Origin: Klebsormidium nitens
Lineage: Eukaryota > Plantae > Klebsormidiophyceae
Length of the DNA stretch: 64,000 nucleotides
Direction of reading: 5' to 3'
Assembly: GCA_000708835.1 (NCBI GenBank)
Contig: DF237278.1
Location: 1-64,000, forward strand
How positions within the stretch are numbered: the stretch's first letter is position 1; the number at the start of each line of letters is the position of its first letter. Positions 36,684 through 49,373 of the stretch are shown here, piece by piece. The position numbers and the translations under genes are program-made. The notes below the pieces were generated by a model. That model was not told where the DNA came from, did not search any database, and saw only the letters and a program-made list of their open reading frames with translations.

Positions 36684-38116
36684 ATGGCTTCCCCGCGCGC
36701 CGCGCTCTTCTTAACCGTGGCCCTGGCCCTCGTTCTGAGCTCCCAGGCCCGTCCCTTGGAGGAGGATGTGACTTCACTCTTCGGCTCCCTGGACGAAGAA
36801 CTAGGCGTGCGGCATCTTCTGGCCGCCAACTCGAGCGAGCCGTGCTGCAGCCTGTACAAGAAGACGTCGACCGACTTGGCGGGCTTCTCGGCTCAGGCGC
36901 GGGCCCTGCTGACGCAGCAGAGCAACCTGCTGACGTCACTGCTGCAGCAACCCGCCATCAAGCAGGCATTGGTCGACCTCCTCGCAAAGGTGGGGTGGTT
37001 GGTTATTCTACTCAACCATCACTTACGGGGCGGCATGTTCATCTCTTGGAACACTCATTGATTGCCGTGCTGATTGTTTATTACTATTCATGAGCTGCGT
37101 CCTGCCTTTTGGTCCATGAGTGACTTGCTATACTGCTCTGGGCCTTACTTGATCTGGTACTACCTCCCTCTCAGGTAGGGTTGCACTCCACCAGGGAATG
37201 AAATTATGCCAAGCTCACTATTACCTTGAGAGCCATGTGTTGTTTTCCGGCTTTCACTCAAAATTGGCAGCTTGAATTCCACAGGAGAACCCGCGCCAAT
37301 GGTCAGATAGGAATGGTTGACCCAAAGCTGAGTTGCAGTGTATAATGTGTGCTGTCAAAGGATCGGTATGCGCTTCTTGTTCGGTTTTGAGTGCCTCTGA
37401 CCTTTCTGCTTTAGCTGTCATAGCTTTTGGAGAGTAACAGAACAACCAGACTGACATTTGTCCAGAAGCTGCATATGCATAGTTAGCCCCAGATTCTCCC
37501 AAACGCTTGCATTCTCGGTCCAAACTAGGTTGATGAAAGCAACAGCTGGCAATGCTGTCGTAATCCAAGCAAGCTGCTTTTCAAGACCCGCTACCTGCCT
37601 GTGGGACCACAGCTTCAAGAGCTTTGACCACAACAAGCTGTCCAATGATTCTATCTAAGGATGAGTCCAGAACCAGGGTACTGGTTCTGTGTCTAGAACC
37701 AGTACCCTTGAAAAGGTACCAGGACGCCCACCTTGTTGAAACCAACATGTAATGCCCACTTTCTTCAAACCCACATTTGACACCCACTCTCTTCAAGCCA
37801 ACAAACTTAACCCCAATTCGTAACCCCTGTGCAGGCGGACAGAACCCTGACCGACGACGGCTCCCAGCTCTTCGGCAACAGGTGCCTCACCCAAGCGCAG
37901 TCAAACACATTCGGCAAGAACCTGCTCATGGTGCGCAACATCGCCAAGGCCGTCAACGATCTCAACGCCATCAACGGACTGAACATCAACATTCTGAACA
38001 TCCGGACTCTTGGAAACTCCCTCATCCAAGCGCTCCAAACGTTCGCTTCCCAGTCAGTCGCAATCGGCGCAGACCTCACCAAGACGGCCAAGGCCCTCAG
38101 CGGGTGCTCTGCTTGA
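36684..38116 (+). CDS. Secreted, predicted alpha-helical protein of unknown function, 2 exons, ~195 aa
   Basis: Exons 36684-36989 and 37835-38116, joined by a phase-0 GT-AG intron. Signal peptide is MASPRAALFLTVALALVLSSQA, followed by an acidic pro-region and RHLL. The mature part has 4 Cys and is Leu/Ala/Asn/Gln-rich. Codon usage is GC3-rich. Confidence 0.8.
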
Positions 38117-40074
38117 GGTGAGGCACTTCGTTCTGTTAACCAGGTCCGGTTAAGCTGCCTGTAAAAATCTCCGTCTGGTAAGAGTGAGAAAATTAGGTTT
38201 TCTGATTGGACTACCTTGAACCGAAGTAGCAAGGGATCTCCTATCAATTCAGCACCTGATTCAGCCGTCGAGTCGGTGTCGTCAAGGTCTGACCGATCTA
38301 GCTGCCATCGTTCTTCTCCACTAGTATTGGCTGCGTGCTTCGTGCTTGCAGTTTTGATTGTTCAGCTCCAGCCCCTTTAGAGTTGCTCTTTCTAGGGAGT
38401 CTCGTCAGGAAGTCTGTGCCGCGCCGGAGGTCCCTATGTGTGCATCCGATCAAACCGTCTGCACAGGCTCTCAAAAGGGTTTGTCAGAGGCGCTTTCCAA
38501 TCAAGTTCGACCACGCTTTCGTCAATCATTCGACGGTCAAGGGCTCGTCCCAATCTTGTGCGTGCTCGTATTTGACCAAAATCTTATGCTTTCTGCAGAC
38601 CCACACGGCCGGGCTCCCAGTTCAATCCGCCACAGACGACGTGTGATGTAGTAGGAATCTCCTCGATTCCCGAACAACGTGGCGGCTGCCAGGACAGCCG
38701 GAGACTCTAGCTTTAAGAACGTTTGGAAAAGATGGGAGAAATAATAGCTTAAGTATCGGATTGTTGTATGATAGTAGGTCGTGTTCTGGGGTCAGCTATA
38801 TTCAACTGTCACAATGCATAAGCTGCCCCAATAAAGGCGTGTTTGGTACCAAATGGTCTTCAATACAGCCAAGAGGATTTTGTCCAAACGACACTACCTA
38901 GGATTAGCTTCTGTAAGCAAAGGATGAATGATTGTTGTGAGCTCCCCCTGGCGGCGGAGCGGTTTTGTCGAACTGGTAGGAGTAATAGAACGTCTGAGTT
39001 GTTGACTAGCTGGCCGGTAATCACACCTATAATGATTTCTGGAAGCTTGGACCCCGAAGACGTTTATAACTTCGAACATTTATCGGAATATTGAACCCAT
39101 CTGCAGATTCCGTCGGGAATCAGACTTCACAGCCAATCAAAGATCATCTACTCTTGTCGGCCTTGTCATGTATACTGTTCCACGTACACTTTCCAAGCTG
39201 CATCTTTGCAGGGTGCCCTTTTCCATACGCACGTTGACTTAATTGGCCCACGCTCTGTGTGAAACAAAAGGTACTGTTCGAAAGTCGGCACAAAGTTCGT
39301 GTTGGTCTCCAAGTTGTCTTTATCTCTGCCTGCATGGTCTTTCAATCACTTCGCGAGCATCCGTTTCATGTCGTCCTGGCCGTCGGACTCGTTACACGCT
39401 ACCAAATTCGACTTCGCTGACTTTCAACAAAAGATGCTGCTCAGAATGAAGATATCCCCGAAAGTTGCTTAAAGGAATTGTGAAATTGCGGCCCTCGCGA
39501 CACAGTGTCACGAATATAATGCTACGACGATATGGGCGAGACGGCCGTATGATGCAGTCCTTCCCGTATTCTTCAAATCCAAATTGTCAATAACCGCATC
39601 ATGTTTCCAATGACAAGGCCTTTCCAGCTTCGAACAAAATTGCTCTGATCAGGACAGACATTAAAGTGACAGATACTTTCTGTATGCACACCGCGGGTTG
39701 CTCGAGCGAGCATTGTGACAAATGCAGATTCGGGGCATTGACACCCGTTCATGCAGTCCGACATCCAGAAGGCCAATCGGCGTCGGAAGAACTACTTCCC
39801 GGCTACAAAGAAAGGCAATCAAACAGTGGCAGAAGCACCGAAAGGCGCTGAGAAAATGCAGAAGTGGGCGATCCTTCGAAGATTTGTACACCTTTAGTAG
39901 TGTCACTACAAACGTACTAGGATCGGAAAGGAAAACACTTCAGCTGCGCAACGAAAGGTGCGCGTTTGCTCCACAGTGTGGCTCGTTGCTGCTGAGGCTT
40001 AACCGGTTGAGAAACGAACATATTCGATTCGTACATTCATATTCACCTGAAAGCACTTAATGAACGACCACGGT

Positions 40075-40375
40075 CGCGCGCGGCCCGGCCCGGCCCACTG
40101 CGAGAAACCTTCTGTCCGAACCAGGTCCGAACCGGATCCGAACTGAATTTGCGGTCCGGATCAGGTTTGGACAGGTTCGGATCCAGTTCAGACACGTTTC
40201 AGACTGGTGCTACAAGACGGACATGAGAGTTCGGATCCGATTCGGACCAGGTGTTTGAATTAGGTTTGGACTCCTTTGGACCAGGATTTCTGTCCGGATT
40301 AGACACTTTCAGACGTAATCCGGACACCTCCAAAATGTTACATTCTGTCCGAAACGCAATCCGAGAGGGTTTCCA
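40075..40375. repeat. TCCGAA/TTCGGA-rich low-complexity repeat, possibly a non-autonomous DNA transposon remnant
   Basis: The GC-rich start cgcgcgcggcccggcccggccc is followed by dense tccgaa, ttcgga and tccgga motifs. A similar tract lies at 60560-60700. Confidence 0.5.
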
Positions 40376-43300
40376 AGCGCGTCCGGTGCTGATCTGAATC
40401 CAATCAAAGTCTACGACACTTGCTGAGGATGAAGTCCAGCGTTCGTTCTTTGCAAAGCTAGTCCGACACTGCAACGGATCTACCTTCGTCTGAGTAGTGC
40501 TTGCTAGAGCTATGTCCCAGACGTTCTGTCAAATAACTTGATCCGTTGCTCATTTGCGTTCCCGCCCCTTTCGTTTTCCAATCCGACTCTTCTTGTCACT
40601 GTTCCCTACAGCATTGGCCTCCGCTTCAGAGCCCCCATCGCCCTTAAGACCAACTTGAGGACCCCACTCGCTTTCCTTGCCCGGCGGGCTCATGGCGCGC
40701 GTGGTCGGAAGCGATCTCCTCGTGGAAGACACGTGGCCGCGATATCCATTTGTAAGCAGAGAACTTTGCAATTGCTCGCCTGTGGCTCGCTTTCAGTTTT
40801 CGACTGATCTAACATACTGTTCCCTTGATACACAAACGGTCGTGCTGCGTCTTCAGACGCTTACTGGCAGCAACTGACAGAATCCGTTAGGAGGCATGTG
40901 GGAGGCATGTGGGAGGCATACCGCCTTAGTCACCCAAAAGATCACCCTTCCGATTTCTGGATTCTGTACCCCTGAGCCCAACTAGATCGAGCGCCTTCGC
41001 CGAAACGTGATAGTGGGCAGAAAGGCAGAATCTTGGGGAATTCCCTTACAATGCAAGCGCGCGCAGTCTTGATCTCTGGAACGAGCCAAGCTGAGCCTTA
41101 GCCTGGCGTTTCTACCGGCCGCTTTTCCTAACAGTCTCGTCAGCGTAAAGTCAGCAAATTTTGATCCCAGAACACGCCAAGCTCGATTGAAGGGTGGTGC
41201 GCATCTTCTCAGAGTTACGCCAGAGCTCAATTTGCCGAAACTGTGGCTTTGGAGCACTCGAGCTTCTACTGCGTCCTATTTCAAATTCTGCGAACTCAGC
41301 AGTTGCACTACTTATGGGCACCGCGTCACCCCCGCGTCAATGATACATAAAAGCGCGCCGGCTGATGCACTTATCATTCCGGTCCGCCCAGGAGTCTGCG
41401 ACTCTGCTTCCCGTCAAAAGTATTTCCGAACTAGTGTATCAAAGTCGATCCAATAATCCTGCCAGGTTTATCAGGCTTGACTGGGATTGATGCAATAGTG
41501 CTGAGCTGGCAGACGCCCTGCCGTTAGGCACCCAATCAGGTAATGAGAGATTCTGCTCTAGGGGCCAGCCAGGACTTCCATACATGGATCGGGATGCTGA
41601 ACTTGCTTACAGTGCAAAGTTTAAGCGCTGAGCTTTGTTCCGCACAAGACACGGGGTTTGTTACTGGGGTAAATTTACACTGAGGACAGCTAGGTCGTCC
41701 AAGAGGGTGCTCAGGTGATCTTCAACCTACGGAGCAGAGGGCCAGTAATCCGTGGGCTCTTTTGGGTTCATGTACAAACCCAATCCAGAGGTCACGCTGC
41801 CGCACACGGACCCAATCCAACACCCTAACTGACTCCACCCGTCAAGTTCCTGTTCAGTGCCCGGCTTAGAGTTTCGCTGTGTGATGTAATCTAAGTTGGC
41901 AGGTTTCGGCTGGAAGAACCCAAGAGAAAAGTCCAGAAATCAGATCAATTGAACAGTGGGCGCCGGCGCTTCATCAGTGGTTTCGTGAGACGCAAACCGA
42001 GGGAAACCTGGCCAGCAACTGGGGAACCGCATGCCCGAATAGAGGACAGAACACGAGAACAGAAGCTCGTCGGGTTTGCTAGAGCCTCAGTCTTCTCTTG
42101 AAACATGCTCTTAATTGACGGCGTCAAGCCCACCAACATTAATGGCTGCTCGCATGCGGTGCCCTTCTAGATCGCTGACAACGCTGGATTGATTAATCCC
42201 AGAAAGGGTGCGTTGATCCTTTCAGGACAGACATGAAGGGCGATCGTACGTCACGAACGATCGGCAATCCAAAAACAGTTCTCTGCTTCTTGCGCCAGGC
42301 CTTCCAGCTCCGGGGTAAAAGTTGCCAGATCTCAATTCAAGCTCTTCGACAACGAGTCTCGCACGCGCGCGCACCATTCATACCGCGAAGAACCTTTTTG
42401 CCTCGCAGGTGCCGCTGAAAGTTAATGCCCGTATACGGGTGTCACGATCAGGATGCCAGTCTGCAACTTCCACTCGGTGAGAAGACAAGAGACGGCCACC
42501 GGGCGCCGGGCCGGTTCTTGTATAACAACCGCCCACGTCTTCGACGGAACTACGGAACAGCGGAGCTTCCGCAAGATTACCGCGGGCTTCTGGGACTACA
42601 ATCTGTTGCCGTCGTAAGCTCCAACAGAAACTGTTGAGAATTGTGCGTGGTGGGGGATTGCAAAAAGTCGTCACCAAAACAAGGCTCAAGTAAAGCTTCG
42701 AAGTGTCAGCATAGCGCTCAGTTGAGTTGCGTGGTGCTTCCGGCGCGTCAGGAGATCGAACGGACTGGGGCGGAGCCACGGAGCCACGTGAACCATGGTC
42801 TTGCACCTGTGCAGGTACGATTTTCCGCTGAATGAGCGCCTGGAAAACGGTAGGACGCCAGGGCAAGAAGCGCGAGACCCAGTCTTAGGTACTGGTTGCT
42901 GAGCGCATTCACTATTTCTCTGATCCGGGCGGCCCATTGGCGGCCGCGCGGGCGCGGGCGCACGGCCGGGCCAGCTGAGGCGCGCGCGCTCCTGCCAGTA
43001 TTCTACTCCATGACGGCACGCGAGCGCGCGGAAGGCAATTGATTACAGCCCCCATAAAGCGAGTTTTTCTATGTATTTCGAATCGTGGGCGATTTGCATC
43101 ATCCGGGCCCCATGCGGGCTTGCCCGCAACTAAAACTGTGACGGTGATGATTTAGGCAAAGTTTCAGCTCGGATATGCCTGTGCATGCACGGGGGCCGGG
43201 GGCTTCAACCAATCCAAGGACGTTCAACTCGAGCGCCCATTGTGGCGATGTAGAGATATGGGGCTCGTCTGCAGTGCCTGTGGCTGGAAATTATGCACTG

Positions 43301-44183
43301 GGTTTTACGAGGACTGCATAAGGTGGAATTTCAAACGATTCGTCGCTGTGCCAGCATATTTTCCATGACGTTCACTTTGAGAATCGGTAATCACCACCAT
43401 CTTTATTTTTTGCAGAGAATCTCGGGCTTGCTTAAGTAGATGCTTTCGAAGTGCAATAGCTAGCGAGGTGGCACTCATCATCATTGTAAATTCATGCCCG
43501 ACCGCGTCTGTCCGCATCATCTCGAAGCGAAAGTGAAAGTATCCGGCGAGTCAAAGCTAGTGTAGTGGCACCTTTATGAAGTTCCCAGGCAAACACATTG
43601 AGAATGTTCCTGACAAGTGAATGCGGACTTTGGGGCCGGTATTCTAATGCAAACATCAAGCATGCAATCTCGATGATTGTGGGTAATGAAGAATGGGTCG
43701 ATGTAAGCGTGGTCAGTCTCGAACACGTTCCAGAGATAAAGGTTTGTATATTGTTGTCAATTGCAACAAAACGTTGAACACTGTTGAGTTGAGGCTACAG
43801 CTCGGTAGGAAAGCTGCCCGCTTCCTTCGTAAGGCGCGCACAATTTGGCGCAGGTCCTACTAGTGCTTGTTCCAGTGTTTGGCTAGGATACAGAAACTTT
43901 CTAGGCTTCACATCGACAACTAGGACGACAAAACTCGTAACCAAATATCGGCGTGTGCCGGTTAATCAATACGCGCGAAGCAAAGCGCAGAGCCTTTCCA
44001 TGGCCGCCATCCAGTCCCGGCCGCCCCACCCGAACCCTCCCACCGTTTCTAAATAGGGCACTCGTTATTTGCATGTGCTCGTATACCCGCCGCTCGACCT
44101 CCTACATGAAGCTGATCTCGATATATCTAGTGGAGCTCGAATAGGACTGAACCAGTAATTACCAACCGGTCACTTTTGAGGGG

Positions 44184-47100
44184 TCATTTCCGGGCGATTA
44201 ATGGCGACCGGTTGGTGCACAGTTCGTGGTCGTGGCAGCCCTGCATCTGCCAGGCCCAGCGCATGTTGGCGATATTCTCCGAGAAGATGGACCCGTGGCT
44301 GCTGATGAACACCGTCGATGACGCGCAGATGAACTTCTCGAGCAGCGCTTGCACCTGCGATCACGAGGGGAGCTTTTACTTCACTGAGTTGAGTGCTGCT
44401 TTTTACGCATTGGAAAATTTGGTCTATGAGCTTTCAGAACAACAGAGATTGTCGATGTTTTCTAAGAATTGGGGGAGATTTGTGTGTGGGACTTCAGGAG
44501 AACGAACAGCTTCAAGGAGGCTTTGGCAGCGCTTCATAACTTGCGGCTGAAAAACAGAGTCGAGTCGAAGCCGGGCAAGCTTGTAGGTCTAAAAGATGTC
44601 GTTCAACTCCGATGCAGGAAATTGAGGCAGGCTGAATAAAGATCCAGTATTTGCAACTCCAGAACGGAAAGCAACGAAATCCAGGCGCAAAAACGCAGTC
44701 AATGGAAGCAGGTTAGACGTGAAACTAGAGGCTGAGTTCGTGATCCGCCAACAAACTGCTGCGAATCAAGAAGTGGGCCTCTACTATTACAGATCGCGAA
44801 ACGGCCAGTCCTTGGCCCAACGATACGGTTTGCCCCACGAAACTGGTCAATGAACTGTTCAGCAAATCGTGATGAAGGTGGACCCCCGCTGCAAACCCGC
44901 TCCCAAACCCACCTGGTTAGTGGTCGGTAAGGACTTGGCCCAGCGGTACTGGCCCCAATCGTCCATCCCCGGGAGGCGCACCGTCTGGATGCCAGCCATC
45001 GCCAGGAGTGACGTCAGCTGCTCCATCTCGGAACTGGGCGCGTTGGTCGCCATGAAAAGGGTGCGGATGCCACTACCGCGCAGCCCCGCGATGAGGCACT
45101 CGGCGACCTGGGGGATCGGGATGGTGACGTAGCGCTCGTCGGGGGAGGTGTTGATGCGTGTGCTGGGGGAAAGGAAGAAAACAACTTTGAGAAACTTTCA
45201 TGAGCTGTTTGGAAATCCAGCAAAGGAAAGTGACTTGGCGAGTTGAAGATGCGCGGGGTGCAGGTGTGGAGGAAAAGAAAGCTGAGCGACACTGTGAGAC
45301 GACCATTTAGAGAAAAGAGCAGAGGCGCGGGTCGGAGTGCTTTTGATGGAAACAAAGGGGTTGCTTGATCGTATTCTTGCAGAGTTCTTGATAGAAAGCA
45401 ACCAGGCTCTAGCGCCACGTGCCTTGGGAGAAGTGGGAGGTGGTTATCCGTCTCATCTCGCTTATGCCTGATTTGGACAATGTGAAGAATGTTCGCAAAT
45501 TAGTATAAATTTCCCTGCTGCCAGGCCACTTTCGCTTGGTCTTTCCTTCAAAATTGGGTCCTCGGAGCGTATCAGGGAGCAAAGACTGAAGGCAGGAGAA
45601 CGCAACTAGACTCATGCAGAAACAACAAAAGCTGGCTTCAGGATTGAGGACCTCCAATGAAACTAGAGGCAAGCCGAATTTTAGAATTGAAGTACCAAGG
45701 ACGTTTTGGCTCCTCACAATTTGCTCTGGTCCCCCGTGAGTTTGACGTAGTCCAGGAAATCCCCCCTGCGGAGGTGGACTGCCGCATATTCGCTCCCCAG
45801 CGCTGATAGGATATACTTCTTGGCGGCCAAGCGGATGGTCCCGCTGGGTTGCAGGACCTCGTTCACCAGATTGCACTTGACGCTGGGGTTGTATTGCCAG
45901 AGAGTGCTAAGGTGGGTTGCTTCTGACACCTGTCAAGAAAAGTACGGTCGTTGTGACACCTGTCAAAGAAGTCCATCGGATGTGGAGTGGGGTTGAAGTC
46001 CTCAAAGCTTGCGGCGTACCGCACAGCTTTCTTCATTGTTTAAGGCTTTTGAGAAAAGCCCTCCAGTGAGTGAGCCAACGAGATCCTAGTCAGGTGTATG
46101 GGCTCAGACAGCTGGTTGACACGCGGGAAGAAACGATTTGGTCAAGTTGCCCGGAAAGAGGAGGCAAAGATCAGAACAAGATGCCTGCCGCCAACTGGGG
46201 CAGCTGTTATGGAAGCGCCAGAAGAGATTTCTGTGCATTTGTTGGTGCCGCTTAGGAACCTTGATAGAGAAACTGGCGATATAGTAAACAGCACTGGCAC
46301 AATTGGATCAAAAAACTGACAAGACTCAGCGGATCTTATTTGAAATAACGGGAGTTTCTGGTCAAGTTTGGTTTTTTTTGGCTTGACAAGAAGTTGCTCA
46401 GGTAGGCAGAAGCCAGAGAGGGCTTATAGGACAATCGATGCATGCACCTCTGGAAAGCTATGCTCGGCCGATTTCACATGTAAGGGAGATGGGTAGCATG
46501 GGGTGCGACCGCATTAGAGCATCGCTGGAAACAAGGGTTATCCTTACCAGTGACACTCAAGATCATGGCTGTCGACCAAAATGCTCTACACTTGATAAAG
46601 ATCTTCCAAACCAGTACCACATCACCATACACGATAAATATTTCCAATGCCCAAAGGATGAAAGACCCAACAGCGCAAACTTCTTGCTCCGTAGGAAACT
46701 GCATCCTTAACATGTACCAAAGAGGCAAGCGAGAAAGCTTCATTGTCTGCAGCGTTGCCACGCAGCTCAACAGCTTTATGCAAAGCAGGCTAGCGCATTG
46801 ACACTAGCTTGCAAGAACCAGTCGCAACATGTCTTGGAGAGCATGTGTTCAAACACTTAGGGAGGCTCATCTGCTCAGCGTCAGCTGCTTCTTGCATCAA
46901 AACTGCTTCAAACAGAGATGGAAGCCGTTCAAATGAGCCCTTCTGCACACTCACCCACAGGACGTCCGCAGAGAAGTTGAGCGCAGTCTGGACGTCTGTG
47001 ACGTCACTCCCCAGCACGTCGATCGCACCAAACTCTGCATGCAGCATATCCTTTCCCAGCTGCATTCCCCCCACACACCGCTGCTTCTCGTCAATGTGGT

Positions 47101-47748
47101 ACACACACAAACCCTGGACCGTTAACCCTTGGTTAACCTGCTGGAAGTCTGCCCACGACAAGCTCTGCGCTTCCCCCGTGCAATAGTTGGCCAGCCTCAA
47201 ATCCAACACGTCGGCGGGGTCTAGATCCACCTGCACATTGTCCCCCCCGCTGCTCTCCTCCAGCTGCGTCCACGGCGCAATGACGAGCGTTCTCTTGAGC
47301 GCGACCGCAAGGTTCATGCTCTTTTGAAGACACACCATCCGGTTTGAGAACCCCCCAATGTGGCACCCCGCAATCAGGTACTTGTTCTCCGCAGCTTCCC
47401 AGGGGACGTTCCCCTCCAACATTCCCAGCTTCCTCTGCTGACAGGGGGCCCCCTCCTCCCAACTGATGAGCGATGCAGTCCCGGCTTGGGAAAGCGGGGC
47501 CCCCGCGGGACTCGCCGCCCGTTTCAGGTCCCGCATCTCCTGCCGCAGCGAGACGACCGTCTCGTTCAGCGCATCCTTCAGCTCCTGGACCCCCCCCCCG
47601 GAAGTGGGGGCCCTGCTTGGAAAGCTGTCCTCGGCGCGCTCGANNNNNNNNNNNNNNNNNNNNCGTACCAGCATCGTGAGGACCCAGCACGAAGACCGAT
47701 GGAAAGGTCGCGCACGCTGAACGGCAGGCGGAACCCTGTTGTCTGCAT
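44184..47748 (-). CDS. GDP-fucose protein O-fucosyltransferase family protein (paralog C), 4 exons, N-terminus interrupted by an assembly gap
   Basis: Exons ~47748-46955, 45929-45718, 45162-44913, 44354-44184. Motifs: KYLIAGCHIGGFSNRM, YAAVHLRRGDF, LFMATN, LLEKFICASSTVFISSHGSIFS. Internal exons are 212 and 250 nt, and the exon-1 junction DVLW| is the same as in A and B. The start codon is uncertain. Confidence 0.85.
47644..47663. other. Assembly gap (20 N) inside exon 1 of paralog C
   Basis: Run of N in the sequence. Confidence 1.
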
Positions 47749-48247
47749 GGCCTGGTGTTGGTGCGAGTACGGACTGCCCCCCTGTTTTTGGGCGCTTGCT
47801 CGGGGCGGCGAGTGCATGCCTTTTGAGCTCAGGGACAGCTTTTCTCGCAGCAGACTTTCTGCCCTGCTGCTTTTTGTGGTGACTGTGGGAGAAGTGCAAC
47901 CAGGGGAAAAGAGCTCTGATGCAGGGAGAGAGCTGCGCTGACTTGCGGGCGGCTGTTTGGAGCTCAGCTGAGGCTCTGAGCTGGAGGGAGGGCGACCACT
48001 CTAGTTTCTGGAGCAGGCTTGGTTCTTCCAGAGACGCACTGGAGCTCCAAGATTGCGGGGAAGATAAGGGCTGCTAGCATGTCGCACCTCAAAAACCAAG
48101 GGAGCTGAGTGGAGCTAATACAGACTGAGCTGAGAGACTAGGAAGTGCACGTGCTCAAGTGGCTGTCACTGCAAAGGGCTTTCTCTGCGGGCGAGCTACC
48201 TGGTTCTCTCTGCTTTCTTGTCAAAGTGCTCTAAGGTCGGCGAAGTC

Positions 48248-49373
48248 AGTACCAAACTGGGAAAGACGGAAAGATTCTGCTGGAGGACGGTAAGATTTGT
48301 CCTGTCCGTCCGATGGTCGTCATGGTCACTGACAGCTGTGCGGAGATAGCAGCCGACGCCCTACTTGGTACTGCTCCTCGCTGAGTCTTGTTCGCTTCCA
48401 AAGCTTTAGGGGACGCACCTTTCAGCTGTACTCCACCATTCACACTATGTAGCATCCGTCATTTAGTTGCAGCATGTACAGACTAGGTGTACCGGTAGGT
48501 AGTATACGTACGGATGCTGCTTATTGTTATGTGACATCTTACCGTACATATTACCGCGTTTTTGCAGCTCTGTACACCTGTGCTGGTCGCTGCGCGAGCC
48601 TAGAGAGGTGAGCTAGGTAGTGAGGCTGCAGGCATCTTGACGTCAAGCGAGGAATGTCTGTACCTGTTCATTGTCAGGACTCTGTTCCTGTTTCTGCATA
48701 ATGGCCTCCCAGGCTCTTTCAATGACATAGGTAATCGCTCCAGCAAGGTGGAACGTCGCTCTTGCTGCTGTCAGGTCAGTATGCCGTAGACGTTGCGAGT
48801 GCGGGCACCTTCGAAGTTTGGCGCACTCTTGAGTAGGGTATTGCCAGTTTGCCTGTTCACATTGCACAGTGCGCAGTGCACACCCTATCTAAAGGGTGTA
48901 CTGATGTGTGCTACGGAGACCCGATCGACCTCACAAGCCGAAGGTAGCTCGAGGGTCTTCAGTCGACAAGTGGCGAGCCGCCACGTGTACAAGGGTTCTT
49001 GTTTGCAATAATTGCTTGTCGGTGTCTAGAGTACTGACGTCAAGAGCGCTCAAATCAAGCGAAAGTAAGTGCGCCGGTCTGCAGACGGTGTCGGTCTGTA
49101 CACACAGTCGACAGCCAAAGTACTGAAATTTAGAGCGGAACTGCCTGCTAGGTACACTGAGACAAAGTTGAGTTCAAATGTACCCGATAGAGCGGCACCT
49201 GAAGGCCGACTCCGAGTCCCAGTTGAGAGGACTACGGTACCTAGCTAGGTACCGGCATACCGTAGCTGGTAACAGTCCAAGTGAAGTCATAGCGGTCGGG
49301 TTGCGCAATGTGGAAGCCCTAGACCGATCCCGCTTGTGCAGTATGCTCCTCATGAGGATGGTCTGTACCGGTA
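48248..49373. promoter_or_regulatory. GTAC-dense cluster in the divergent spacer between paralog C and gene 8
   Basis: About 20 GTAC counted by eye in ~1130 bp, against ~4-5 expected. Confidence 0.45.
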
